Assembly: GCA_002010215.1 (NCBI GenBank) | Contig: MTMY01000033.1 | Location: forward strand, 52,271-72,270 | DNA from: Archaeoglobus sp. JdFR-37 | GTDB taxonomy: Archaea > Halobacteriota > Archaeoglobi > Archaeoglobales > Archaeoglobaceae | DNA: 20,000 nucleotides | Direction of reading: 5' to 3' | In this document: positions 9,969 through 18,884 of the stretch, one piece after another | How the letters are laid out: every line of letters begins with the position of its first letter | How positions within the stretch are numbered: position 1 is the first letter of the stretch | Position numbers and translations under genes: made by a program | The notes under the pieces: generated by a model | What the model saw: only the letters and a program-made list of their open reading frames with translations | What the model was told of the DNA's origin: nothing | The model's database searches: none

Positions 9969-10592
9969 ATGAGCGATGCTGATTTGCTTGTGATTGCCGA
10001 TCCTGGCGTTGAAGGCTCATCTCTCCTATTTGACCTTGCTACATCTGTTTCGGACAATGTTATATGGCTCGCATCAGAGCCAGCATTCACGATAAAAAAT
10101 ATTATTTTTTCCCACGATTATTCACCCGATAAATTCACCATTTTCACAACCAAACAGATTGAAGGGTTCCATTTCGCCAACCTGATGAACCTCAATGAGA
10201 TAAGCATAGGAATCTCCAAGGCAACATCTGGATTGAAGGATTTCAGCATGATAATCACGCTTCTTCCTGAACTCCTCCTGATCCATGGTCTGGAAAAAAC
10301 ATACATGTTCATGCTGAATACTATGTGGAAGATTCACAATCAGAACGGCAGGATATTCTGTCTTCTCACAAGGGGGGCTCAGCCAGAGAGAGATGAAATA
10401 ATAGTTGGTCGGCTTTTTGCAATAGCCCTCAAACTTATCAGGAGGTTCTCAGAAAAGGCCTTCGAGCGGTATATTTTGCTGGAAACCCCTGTGGAGAGTG
10501 TAAAAGAAGATGTTTTTCCCGTCTCTACTGAAGGGTACAAAACGGTAATACCCCCTGCCCTCAAACACAAGCTTGTTGAAATAATGAAATAA
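9969..10592 (+). CDS. Hypothetical protein, possibly a degenerate RecA/KaiC-like domain
   Basis: LLVIADPGVEGSSLLFDL resembles a decayed Walker A; alternating beta/alpha pattern. Confidence 0.5.
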   Translation: MSDADLLVIADPGVEGSSLLFDLATSVSDNVIWLASEPAFTIKNIIFSHDYSPDKFTIFTTKQIEGFHFANLMNLNEISIGISKATSGLKDFSMIITLLPELLLIHGLEKTYMFMLNTMWKIHNQNGRIFCLLTRGAQPERDEIIVGRLFAIALKLIRRFSEKAFERYILLETPVESVKEDVFPVSTEGYKTVIPPALKHKLVEIMK

Positions 10593-10601
10593 ATTTATAA
10601 A

Positions 10602-11531
10602 CTATTTTCCATACATATATTCAAGCGATTTTACAAGCATTGTTATGACCTTATTCGCTTTCACATCAACTCCTAACTTTTCGCCTTCTGCAACTATCGC
10701 ACCATTTAGAGTATCAATCTCTGTTCTGCGCTTTGCCTCCACATCCTGAAGCATAGAAACCTTATTATCTTTGGTTCCAGCGAAGGCCTGATAAACAAAG
10801 TCAGTGATGTTTTCCATCTCCGGGAAGTAGATTCCCCTGGCTCTGGCAACATCCACGACTTCCTCTGCCAGCATCCTGATTAGCTCCTTAGTCTCACTGC
10901 ATGCTAAGGCTTCAATACTGGTCATCCCGGTTATGGCTGCAACAGGGTTGCAGGCGACATTAGCAACGAGCTTCTTCCAAATGACTGCCTCGATATCGTC
11001 AACTACTTCAATCTGCTCTCCGGTCTTCTTCAGTTCGCCTATTACCTCCCAAAATCTCTCGTCAGGTTGCTTGTCGTACTTTCCAATCATCAAGAGGGGG
11101 CCATATCCACCAACGTACCTTATCACGTTCGGCTTCACAGGCATGCCGCTGTGAGCAGTTATTCCGGCAATAACTTTCTCCTTTCCTACAATGGATGCAA
11201 TTATATCGTGAACTAGACCGTTCTGCACAGAAAGCACCATAGTGTCGTCTCCAATCATTGGCAATGCACCCTTTGTTGCGGGTTCAGTGGCATAACCTTT
11301 TACAGAAATCTGCACAAGGTCGACAACTCCGACTTCTTTAGGATTGGAGGTCACATTGATATTGTCAACGTGAACTTCAGAGCCGTCGGGCATGATTATC
11401 ATAAATCCCTCTTTCCTGTACAGATCCACTTTATCCTTCACAACCTCGATCAGTGTAACTTCATGGGCTTTACTGAATATGTATGCAAAAATGCTACCGA
11501 TAACTCCAGCCCCAACAATTGCAACCCGCAT
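10602..11531 (-). CDS. panE: 2-dehydropantoate 2-reductase family protein
   Basis: GAGVIG, VKGY, QNG, WKKLVAN, SMLQD, EIDTLNG. Confidence 0.9.
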   Translation of the reverse strand: MRVAIVGAGVIGSIFAYIFSKAHEVTLIEVVKDKVDLYRKEGFMIIMPDGSEVHVDNINVTSNPKEVGVVDLVQISVKGYATEPATKGALPMIGDDTMVLSVQNGLVHDIIASIVGKEKVIAGITAHSGMPVKPNVIRYVGGYGPLLMIGKYDKQPDERFWEVIGELKKTGEQIEVVDDIEAVIWKKLVANVACNPVAAITGMTSIEALACSETKELIRMLAEEVVDVARARGIYFPEMENITDFVYQAFAGTKDNKVSMLQDVEAKRRTEIDTLNGAIVAEGEKLGVDVKANKVITMLVKSLEYMYGK

Positions 11532-11641
11532 ATTTAATAGTTACTTTACAGAATTTAAAAACTATTCGTGATAACTTGACACACTGTCTCAGGGTTCCAA
11601 TGTATGATTAGCTTTTAATACTCTCCTGATTGCATAATCTC

Positions 11642-11836
11642 ATGCCCGGCATAATTCCACATCGCCACTGTATAGTTTGTGGGAAAGCTGTTGAACCTGA
11701 TGTTGTATATTGTAGTGATGAATGTCAGGAAACAATGGATAAAGAAAGGAAGAGACAGAGAAATTTCATGATTTTCATGTTCGTGCTCCTTCTGGGCTTC
11801 ATGGTACTCCTCTGGCTGGGTGCTCCGAAAGGTTGA
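11642..11836 (+). CDS. DUF2116-family Zn-ribbon membrane protein
   Basis: PHRHCIVCGKAV...YCSDEC, a basic linker and one C-terminal transmembrane segment. Start moved to ATG 11642. Confidence 0.85.
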   Translation: MPGIIPHRHCIVCGKAVEPDVVYCSDECQETMDKERKRQRNFMIFMFVLLLGFMVLLWLGAPKG

Positions 11837-11909
11837 TGCTACAATACTATGCAAGTCGTTATCCGTCTCACGCAATGCGGTCTTCTCGTCCAATGTTGCT
11901 CAATGTTAG

Positions 11910-12051
11910 GTGAATCACCCCTCGCTCGCCCAAGGGGCTTCGGGACGGGTTTGAGGCGTTAGCCCCCTTACCGCCCCCAAGGGGACACTACCCGCCCGCA
12001 TCCTCTTGCGTATCTTCGCCCTTCGCAAGGAGTCTTGCAAGCAACGGAAAG
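11910..12051 (-). mobile_element. Non-autonomous IS200/IS605-family miniature element, 142 bp
   Basis: Minus strand: TTTAT target (12052-12056), AAGA guide at +16..+19 and a hairpin at the left end; GAAG-CCCCTTG..CGAGGGG-TGATTCAC at the right end. Confidence 0.75.
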
Positions 12052-12103
12052 ATAAAGTGAGAATTCTGGCTTCTTTAAACACCAGTATATTATTCCACAT
12101 CAA

Positions 12104-14707
12104 TTAATAGCCCCCCACAGTCTGGTTTAACTTAGTAAGCACATCTCCAAGCCTTTTAATGGCGTCACCATACCCGCTCCAGTTACCAGCCCTTGCTTCC
12201 TCCAACGCCCTATTATAAAGCTCAACTGATAAATCCACAAGGTCTTGTATGCTTTCCTCCTGGACAACCTTCTCAGCCTTAACTTCTTCACCAAATACCG
12301 CTATCAAAGCTTCGTCAAGCGTTGGCCTCATCACCAGTACACCTTCGTAAACAACTATAACGCCTCTGAGCTCTGGAATCTGGGCATTTTCAGCCCTCAG
12401 ATAGATTGGCTCTACGTAAAGGATGGAATTCTCAACTGGTATAACGAGCAGGTTACCTCTGATGACATTCGATCCGACCTGCCCCCAGAGAGTGAATAAC
12501 TGGGAGATCTCTGCATTTTGATCAATTCTCGCCTCTATCTGCATGGGACCATATATCAGCTGGCCTTTCGGAAATTCATACAGTCTTAACTCGCCGTAAT
12601 CCCCATCACATCTTGCTGCCATCCAAGCAATGATGTTATCCCTTCCTTTCGGTGTGAATGGGAACATTAACAGGAACTCCGGCTCGTGGCTTTCGGGCAG
12701 AGTCAGTACAACATAATAGGGTTCCATTTCTATTCTTTCATCCTCTAAAATCTCCTGCGGGATTTCCCATACATCCTCACGGTTGTAGAATGTCTTAGCA
12801 TCATCCATATGAAAAGTTGCGTAAATCTGAGCCTGAACCTCAAACAGATCGATCGGATACCTTATATGGGCTCTCTTTTCCTCACTCATCTCACCAGCAG
12901 TAAAAAGATCGGGAAACGCTTTCATCAAAACCCTAATGACTGGTTCTTCCTGAACAACGTAGAATTCAGTAGTTCCATTGTAGGTGTCTACAAAAACCTT
13001 AACCGGATTTCGAACGTAGTTGAATGTCGGGTATTTTGCGGAATATGGGAATTTGTCGAGAGTTGTATATGAATCAATTATCCAGTACAATTTCCCATTT
13101 ATTGCGGCTATATAGGGATCTCTGTCGTACATGAGGAAGGGTGCTATTGTGGACACCCTATCAATTATATTTCTGTGATACATCAAACTGCTTTCCGTTG
13201 TGATGTAATCACTCAGAAGAAACTTGATATCACCAAATTTAATTGAGAAAATAAGCTTTTTGAAGTAAGAATCGAGCTCAACCCCTCCCGAACCATTATA
13301 AGTCGTCAGAACATTTCCCTCACCCAATGGATAATCAAATTCTTTTTGCGTAGTTTTAACGATCACATAATTGGTTGTCAGCTCACCATAGTAGATTTCG
13401 GGGCGTTCAATAGCTATTTTTCCCTTTGGAGGGATATCCTCAATTATCAGATCAGGTAGTCCTTCCTTGGTTATAGAATTTACCGGCGAGGCAACGACAC
13501 CGTAGCCATGGGTAAATATCAAATGCTCGTTGAGCCACGTTTTTGCTCTCGGCGATAACAAATCGGTTGAAAGTTCCCTTGCAGAGATCATGATCTGTGT
13601 ATACTTTCCATCAATGTGGTAACGATCTACATCAACATCATTTATAAAGTAATACGTTCTTATCTGCTGCATCTGCCTGTAAACACTGAGCAGGGGACGG
13701 TGATCCCAGATCCTAATATTGTCTATGGTGCCACGATTTCTCTCAATTGTATCGACGCTGAGGTTGTTCTCGGCAGAATAATACATCTTTTCAATGTCCA
13801 GACCGTAGGCAAACCTCGTGAAGTTTATGCCGTGCCGTATGTACTCCTCCTCCTTAACCAGTTCATTCGGTTCAACATTGAGCTTCTGAACCACAGCGGG
13901 CACTACGACGATAGAGAGAAATATTACAGCTGCAAGAACGATTAAGATTACTGGCATCATTTCGAGGTTTTGCTTATAGCCAAGATAAACACTTATTACG
14001 GCGAAAAGAAGAGATAATGCTACGATTAATCCCATCGCCGGGAGTCTCACATATACATCCGTATAGCCAGCACCCATCACTGCCCCATGCGGAGAAGTCA
14101 GTAGATCAAACCTTGCGAAGTAGAAGTAGATTGCTATGAGGACGAAGATGCCAGCCAAAAGCAGAGAGATGTGAATGTACCCCGCTTGAGGGAACAGATC
14201 CCTGAGTTCATCAAAACTCTTTACCCGTCCGAATGTGAGAGTATAGTAAGCTGCCGAGATTAAGACGGCAAGTATGAGCAGTATGATGAAAAAAGAAAGT
14301 ATAGTCTGAATGAATGGGAGTTTGAAAACGTAGAAAGAGACATCGAGTCCAAAAATCGGATCTTTAAGGTTGAAGTCAACCGAGTTCGTGAAGTAAACGT
14401 ACTGCAGCCACATGCGGGAAAAGAGCAAGGCTACGATCAAAGCCAATGATAGATCGAGCCAGAATGGTAATTTGTACTGCTCTCCAAACTCATAGCTCGC
14501 TTTTTGAATGGCAAAACGATTAAGGCTAAGCAGAGCAAGAGCTATGACAAAAAACACCACAAACAAGATAACTTTGTAATACAAAATAGCTATAAAGACT
14601 GAACCAAGATTGAGGGATTCAAACCAGAGAAATTCTGTATAAAGGTTTAGGGCAATACTTAGAGAGACTAAAAAGGCAACGAATACGACCAGAAACAGCG
14701 GTACCAT
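12104..14707 (-). CDS. UPF0182-family membrane protein
   Basis: LWFESL, DPIFGLDVSFYVFKLPF, GAGYTDV, TRFAYGL, NIRIWD, DVDRY, HLIFTHGYG, IYGPMQIE, GNLLVIP, YVEPIYL. Confidence 0.93.
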   Translation of the reverse strand: MVPLFLVVFVAFLVSLSIALNLYTEFLWFESLNLGSVFIAILYYKVILFVVFFVIALALLSLNRFAIQKASYEFGEQYKLPFWLDLSLALIVALLFSRMWLQYVYFTNSVDFNLKDPIFGLDVSFYVFKLPFIQTILSFFIILLILAVLISAAYYTLTFGRVKSFDELRDLFPQAGYIHISLLLAGIFVLIAIYFYFARFDLLTSPHGAVMGAGYTDVYVRLPAMGLIVALSLLFAVISVYLGYKQNLEMMPVILIVLAAVIFLSIVVVPAVVQKLNVEPNELVKEEEYIRHGINFTRFAYGLDIEKMYYSAENNLSVDTIERNRGTIDNIRIWDHRPLLSVYRQMQQIRTYYFINDVDVDRYHIDGKYTQIMISARELSTDLLSPRAKTWLNEHLIFTHGYGVVASPVNSITKEGLPDLIIEDIPPKGKIAIERPEIYYGELTTNYVIVKTTQKEFDYPLGEGNVLTTYNGSGGVELDSYFKKLIFSIKFGDIKFLLSDYITTESSLMYHRNIIDRVSTIAPFLMYDRDPYIAAINGKLYWIIDSYTTLDKFPYSAKYPTFNYVRNPVKVFVDTYNGTTEFYVVQEEPVIRVLMKAFPDLFTAGEMSEEKRAHIRYPIDLFEVQAQIYATFHMDDAKTFYNREDVWEIPQEILEDERIEMEPYYVVLTLPESHEPEFLLMFPFTPKGRDNIIAWMAARCDGDYGELRLYEFPKGQLIYGPMQIEARIDQNAEISQLFTLWGQVGSNVIRGNLLVIPVENSILYVEPIYLRAENAQIPELRGVIVVYEGVLVMRPTLDEALIAVFGEEVKAEKVVQEESIQDLVDLSVELYNRALEEARAGNWSGYGDAIKRLGDVLTKLNQTVGGY

Positions 14708-14812
14708 CTTTCTAATTTATTTCCATCATATTTATTCTTTACGTCTCTATATTTCAAATAACATTATAATTGTGGTTATTAGTACTCAAATACGTGTTTA
14801 GTCCTGCTTAGA

Positions 14813-14857
14813 GTGAATCACCCCCCGCTTCGCAAGGGGTCTTCCCGCCTGATGGAG
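14813..14857 (-). mobile_element. Minimal single-hairpin IS200/IS605-derived element (PATE-like), 45 bp
   Basis: Minus strand TTTAT|CTCCATCAGGCGGGAAGACCCCTTGCGAAGCGGGGGGTGATTCAC. It shares GGGGTGATTCAC and AAGACYCCTTGCGAAG with the 11910-12051 element. Confidence 0.7.
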
Positions 14858-14921
14858 ATAAACCGAATATATGTTCATTAGAGTAAGGAATATATAACAG
14901 TCGTGGTCATGGTAATAATAT

Positions 14922-15392
14922 ATGACATTAACTGCCAAAGCACTTGCCTCATTACTTGCCAGAGCATATTCGGCCGAATTTTCTGAAGCGCAGATAATAG
15001 CAGAGACTTTGCTATATACGGCTGATGATGACATTTGGGGTGCACTTTTCAATTTGATGAAGGACAACGAGATACATAGGATTATGATTGAGGAAGCTGT
15101 TGAGCTCTTAGGCTTCGATGTCAAGAGTTTCAAAGAGTATGCGATAGAAACTATAGGTATAAAAAAGTACGACTTCTCAGAGGAGTATATAACCGAAATT
15201 CTTAATGAAATACTTAAGTGGGAAGTCTGGGCTCAGAAGTACTATTCCCAGCTACTTAACTTCGATTTTTCCGAGATCTCGAAGGAGCTTGGAGATGAAC
15301 CAGTCAATAGAATAAAATATATTCTGAAAGAGCTTGTAGCATGGGAAACCAAGCATGTAGAGATTATTGAGGGACTCCTTTCACAAAAATGA
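14922..15392 (+). CDS. Ferritin/rubrerythrin-like four-helix protein
   Basis: Repeated E...ExxH pattern: SAE...NEIH, then WE...YY...ETKH. Confidence 0.65.
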   Translation: MTLTAKALASLLARAYSAEFSEAQIIAETLLYTADDDIWGALFNLMKDNEIHRIMIEEAVELLGFDVKSFKEYAIETIGIKKYDFSEEYITEILNEILKWEVWAQKYYSQLLNFDFSEISKELGDEPVNRIKYILKELVAWETKHVEIIEGLLSQK

Positions 15393-15397
15393 ATAAA

Positions 15398-17260
15398 TCA
15401 AAATACATCCAGCCTATCTACTTTTTTGAAAACTCCAAGGATTCTGAAAAACGTTGTAACTAATGTGAGTTCCGAGATGTCCTCTTCACTGAGCGCCGCT
15501 TCAACCTCTGCAAAGAAGACATAATCTCCAAGTCCTGTTCCTGAAGGTCTGCTCTCCAGCTTTCTAAGGTTAATACCTTTCCTGTAAAAGACCTCGAGCA
15601 CATCTTTGAGTGATCCTGGCCTGTCCTCCACACCGAAGAAAAGGCAGGTAGTATCCCCACTTCTCTCTCCACCCGCCCGCCTTACAATGTAGAATCTCGT
15701 GATATTGCCCGAGACATCCTGAATGCTTTTTCTAAGCACGTACAACTTATGAAGCCTTGCGGCATTCTCAGAGACTATTGCCGCGGACATATCATCCAGC
15801 ATTGATATTGCATCAGACGTGCTAGTGGTGTAACGGATTTCAGTATGTGGCAGGTAGTTGTTTATAAAACTCATACACTGGGCCACTGCCTGAGGGTGAG
15901 AGAATACGGTCTTTATTTCCCTGAGTGGTATTTTTCTTTTGGCTGCAAGGCAATGGGTGATTTCCAGTTCCATTTCTCCAAAAACCTCAACTTTACTCTT
16001 CATCAGTGCATCCAGCGCCGGAATAACGGTGCCATTCACTGAATTCTCAATGGGTATTATTCCGTAATCCGCCACACCTTTTTCGATTTTTCTTAGAATC
16101 TCTTCAGGAGTTGTGCAGTAAATTAGTGGGGTTCTGCTGCCAGTAAGTTTCATGGCAGCTTCATCACTGAAACTGCCCTGAGGGCCCAGAACCGCCACTT
16201 TTCTCCGAACACCCAGAAGTTTGTACTCTTCCTCTTTTGTTAGCCTCATTATGTCCTCAAAAATCTGGCTAACGAGAAGAGGGTTCAGGGAAGTGTTGGA
16301 GAGCAGTTCTCTGAGTTTAACCTCCTCAACCTCTGCTACCTCTATAGGCTCATCTTTTTCGGCTTTTATTTTTGCAATCCTCTTTCCAGCACTAATTCTC
16401 TTTTCCAGCAGTTTGAGTATCAGGCTATCCACCACCCTCACATAGCCCCTAAGCTGATGTAGAGTTTCTGCGTTCTGGGTGACTTTTGACGCCTCGAGAA
16501 TGATCTCACTCCCTTCGTGATCTCTGAAAATTCCGGAAAGCTCACTGAAAGTCTGTCTGAATTTTTCATCATCATCCATCAAACTCTCAAAGTCCATGAT
16601 GCTTTTCAGAAACTCTCTTCTGGTCTTTGATGCGTTCCTCTGGATATCAAAGTACAGCTTCCAGTCCTGATGAAGCACTCTTGATGCCAGTTTCAGCATT
16701 ACTGAAGCGACTGGCGTCGTGAACCCGATTTCATCTTTTCTCTTAGCCAGAAAGTTTGAGAGAGCCATTAGAATGAAGTGAGTAAGTCCCTGAATTCCTG
16801 CAACAACCTCATCATGTTTTTCTGGAGTAGTCTCGCTCAAAATAGCTCCGGCCCTTTCGAACTCTTCTAGAATCTTCTTTTCTTCACCTCTCCCTGATTT
16901 CTTTACAATGGCTATATATGACATCCCTAGCTCACTATCCGGCCCGAACATAGGATGAATGCTGAGGAAATCAAAGCCAGAAGACTCGAGAAGAGGTATG
17001 ACGTCTTTCTTGATGGAAGATACATCTACCAGTAGCGCTTTTTGCGTTCTTTCTTTGAGAAATTCAAGAACTTCTGGAATCTTATCCATAGGAGTGCACA
17101 GGAATATCACGTCAAATTCAGGGATTTCTTGTGGATCAATCTCATTTTTCTCTGGTTGTATGTCGTATCCCCTTACATAGTATCCTCTTTCCTTGAAAAA
17201 CTTGTGGAAGAGAGTCCCCATCCCTCCCATTCCAAAAATCAGCACTTTCATAGTCTTCAT
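15398..17260 (-). CDS. pheA: Trifunctional prephenate dehydrogenase / chorismate mutase / prephenate dehydratase with ACT domain
   Basis: GMGGMG, DVSSIK, HPMFGP, HD..QGLTH (dehydrogenase); LRGYVRVVDSLILKLLEKR (AroQ mutase); LGPQGSFS, PIENS, SHPQA, NITRF, ESRP (dehydratase-ACT). Start at 17260 chosen from GGTGA spacing. Confidence 0.95.
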   Translation of the reverse strand: MKTMKVLIFGMGGMGTLFHKFFKERGYYVRGYDIQPEKNEIDPQEIPEFDVIFLCTPMDKIPEVLEFLKERTQKALLVDVSSIKKDVIPLLESSGFDFLSIHPMFGPDSELGMSYIAIVKKSGRGEEKKILEEFERAGAILSETTPEKHDEVVAGIQGLTHFILMALSNFLAKRKDEIGFTTPVASVMLKLASRVLHQDWKLYFDIQRNASKTRREFLKSIMDFESLMDDDEKFRQTFSELSGIFRDHEGSEIILEASKVTQNAETLHQLRGYVRVVDSLILKLLEKRISAGKRIAKIKAEKDEPIEVAEVEEVKLRELLSNTSLNPLLVSQIFEDIMRLTKEEEYKLLGVRRKVAVLGPQGSFSDEAAMKLTGSRTPLIYCTTPEEILRKIEKGVADYGIIPIENSVNGTVIPALDALMKSKVEVFGEMELEITHCLAAKRKIPLREIKTVFSHPQAVAQCMSFINNYLPHTEIRYTTSTSDAISMLDDMSAAIVSENAARLHKLYVLRKSIQDVSGNITRFYIVRRAGGERSGDTTCLFFGVEDRPGSLKDVLEVFYRKGINLRKLESRPSGTGLGDYVFFAEVEAALSEEDISELTLVTTFFRILGVFKKVDRLDVF

Positions 17261-17267
17261 TACTTCA

Positions 17268-17882
17268 TCACCTGACACCCAAGAGCCGAAGTATTTTATC
17301 AGCCGTTTTCACATGAATCTGACCTGAAACAACAGCACTGCCTGTGTGGCAGTATATGAACGGAGCGCCCATGAGAACTGCCAGAATTCTGGTGTAGCTG
17401 AATTCCCTACCCATTAAAAAGGCTACAACGCTTTCATATTCTGATAGAATCCTGCAAATTGTTACCACATCTTTTTTGCTCCTTCCCATCACCGCGATTT
17501 TAAATATATCGCCTTGTGAAGAATCAATCAGATCAGCTAGGAAATTGTAAGAAGGTGTTTCACTGAAATTGTGGTAAGATTCGATAATTGTGCATGGTAG
17601 ATCGAAAAAAGCATCATAGCTTCCAGTTTCGACATCAGCGTACTGACAAGCTTCTGCATACCTCCCGTAAATCTCCAGTCTTTCTTCATCATTTCCAATA
17701 AACTGCCCACCATCCTCAACCTTTCTTATAGTCAGTATTTTCGCCTTTGTTAGCTCTTTAACGAATTCCACTGATGGAAAAGTATCGAAAAGATCTAAGC
17801 GAAGTTCAATAACGTCCACAGAGGGTAAGGATGATGCCTGCTCTGCTTCACTCAATGAACTCACAGATGCCACGATTTTCAT
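17268..17882 (-). CDS. aroD: Type I 3-dehydroquinate dehydratase
   Basis: IELRLD, LTIR...DGG, SYHNF, FKIA, MG...TR; operon context. Confidence 0.9.
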   Translation of the reverse strand: MKIVASVSSLSEAEQASSLPSVDVIELRLDLFDTFPSVEFVKELTKAKILTIRKVEDGGQFIGNDEERLEIYGRYAEACQYADVETGSYDAFFDLPCTIIESYHNFSETPSYNFLADLIDSSQGDIFKIAVMGRSKKDVVTICRILSEYESVVAFLMGREFSYTRILAVLMGAPFIYCHTGSAVVSGQIHVKTADKILRLLGVR

Positions 17883-17897
17883 GATATCACTTAAGCG

Positions 17898-18884
17898 TCA
17901 TTTCTCGATTATGAACTCTTCAACTTCCATGCCGAAATGACGAGATTTTGTGCCAAGCCAGACAAGCACTTCATCTCCCACTTTCAGCTCCGAAACAGAG
18001 ACATGTCTGCCATCGGGGGTAACTAGTTTAATGGTTTCAGCATTCTGCAGAATCACTGTCCCCTCTTCTCCATCGACTTCTGCTTTGATAAGCAACAATG
18101 GACGCCGCTCAATCTTGACCCTGCCCACGTAACTCTGTCTCGCTTTCCCATCCCATCTCACTATCTCCACTTCATCTCCGCCCTTCAGCTCCATTAGGTA
18201 TTTCGTCTTACCTCCTACCTTGACGTAAGCGTTCACACTTCCAGCATTGACTCTGAAGGGACGGGAAGCTACGTACTCACTCTCTTCACTCTCGCTTGCT
18301 ACCAGAAACATAAAACCTGCTTTGTTGCCTACTAGCATCCCTTCGCCGGGCTCCATTATTGACACAGTATCTATGCAGACCCTCTCACCGACACCGAGGG
18401 GTCGAATCTCTTTTAATTTCGCTTTCCTGAGTTCAACTCCAGCCTCACCACCACTAGCAAGCTTAAAATATTGAAGGAGTTCTTCTCTGCTTCCGCTTAC
18501 AGCTATCCCATCTGCACCCTTCTCCAGTGTTGTGAGGGCAACTTCTGCATCCTCGTGACCATTTACAATGGCTATAAGCTTTGCATTTCCCTTCATAGCA
18601 ATCAAGTTCTCGAGAGGAATTATCTTCCAGTCCTCAAAGGATACAAATAGCCTTTCAGTCTTCTTTGAGATCTCTGCCGCCCTCATTTGATCATCAGCAG
18701 ACTTTATTTTCAAAAATGGGGCCTCATTAAAACTAATAACTTCTATTCTCCCAAGCTTTTTTGTTCTTTCAACAAATTCATCAGCAACAATGCATCCTGT
18801 AAATCCAATCTCAACAGCATCTTTAATTGCTTTCTTTGCTTTCTCCCAGTCACTTTCTCTGCATATTAGCCATATCTCCTTCAT
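17898..18884 (-). CDS. aroB': 3-dehydroquinate synthase II (archaeal)
   Basis: WKIIPLENLIA, LEKGADG, RVCIDT, RPFRVNAG, KIERRPL, LQNAETI, RHFG. Confidence 0.95.
   Translation of the reverse strand: MKEIWLICRESDWEKAKKAIKDAVEIGFTGCIVADEFVERTKKLGRIEVISFNEAPFLKIKSADDQMRAAEISKKTERLFVSFEDWKIIPLENLIAMKGNAKLIAIVNGHEDAEVALTTLEKGADGIAVSGSREELLQYFKLASGGEAGVELRKAKLKEIRPLGVGERVCIDTVSIMEPGEGMLVGNKAGFMFLVASESEESEYVASRPFRVNAGSVNAYVKVGGKTKYLMELKGGDEVEIVRWDGKARQSYVGRVKIERRPLLLIKAEVDGEEGTVILQNAETIKLVTPDGRHVSVSELKVGDEVLVWLGTKSRHFGMEVEEFIIEK

Noticed and set aside
11915..12103. 62-aa ORF across the mini-element
   Set aside because: It crosses the element boundary; at most its tail is a tnpB remnant, not a gene.
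14758..14780. AT-rich palindrome (ATAAC-ATTATAAT...GTTAT) upstream of UPF0182
   Set aside because: It is imperfect, single-copy and in an AT-rich promoter region, which is too little to call an operator.
15398..17260. Three-enzyme fusion as a novelty
   Set aside because: This fusion is already known from Archaeoglobus fulgidus.
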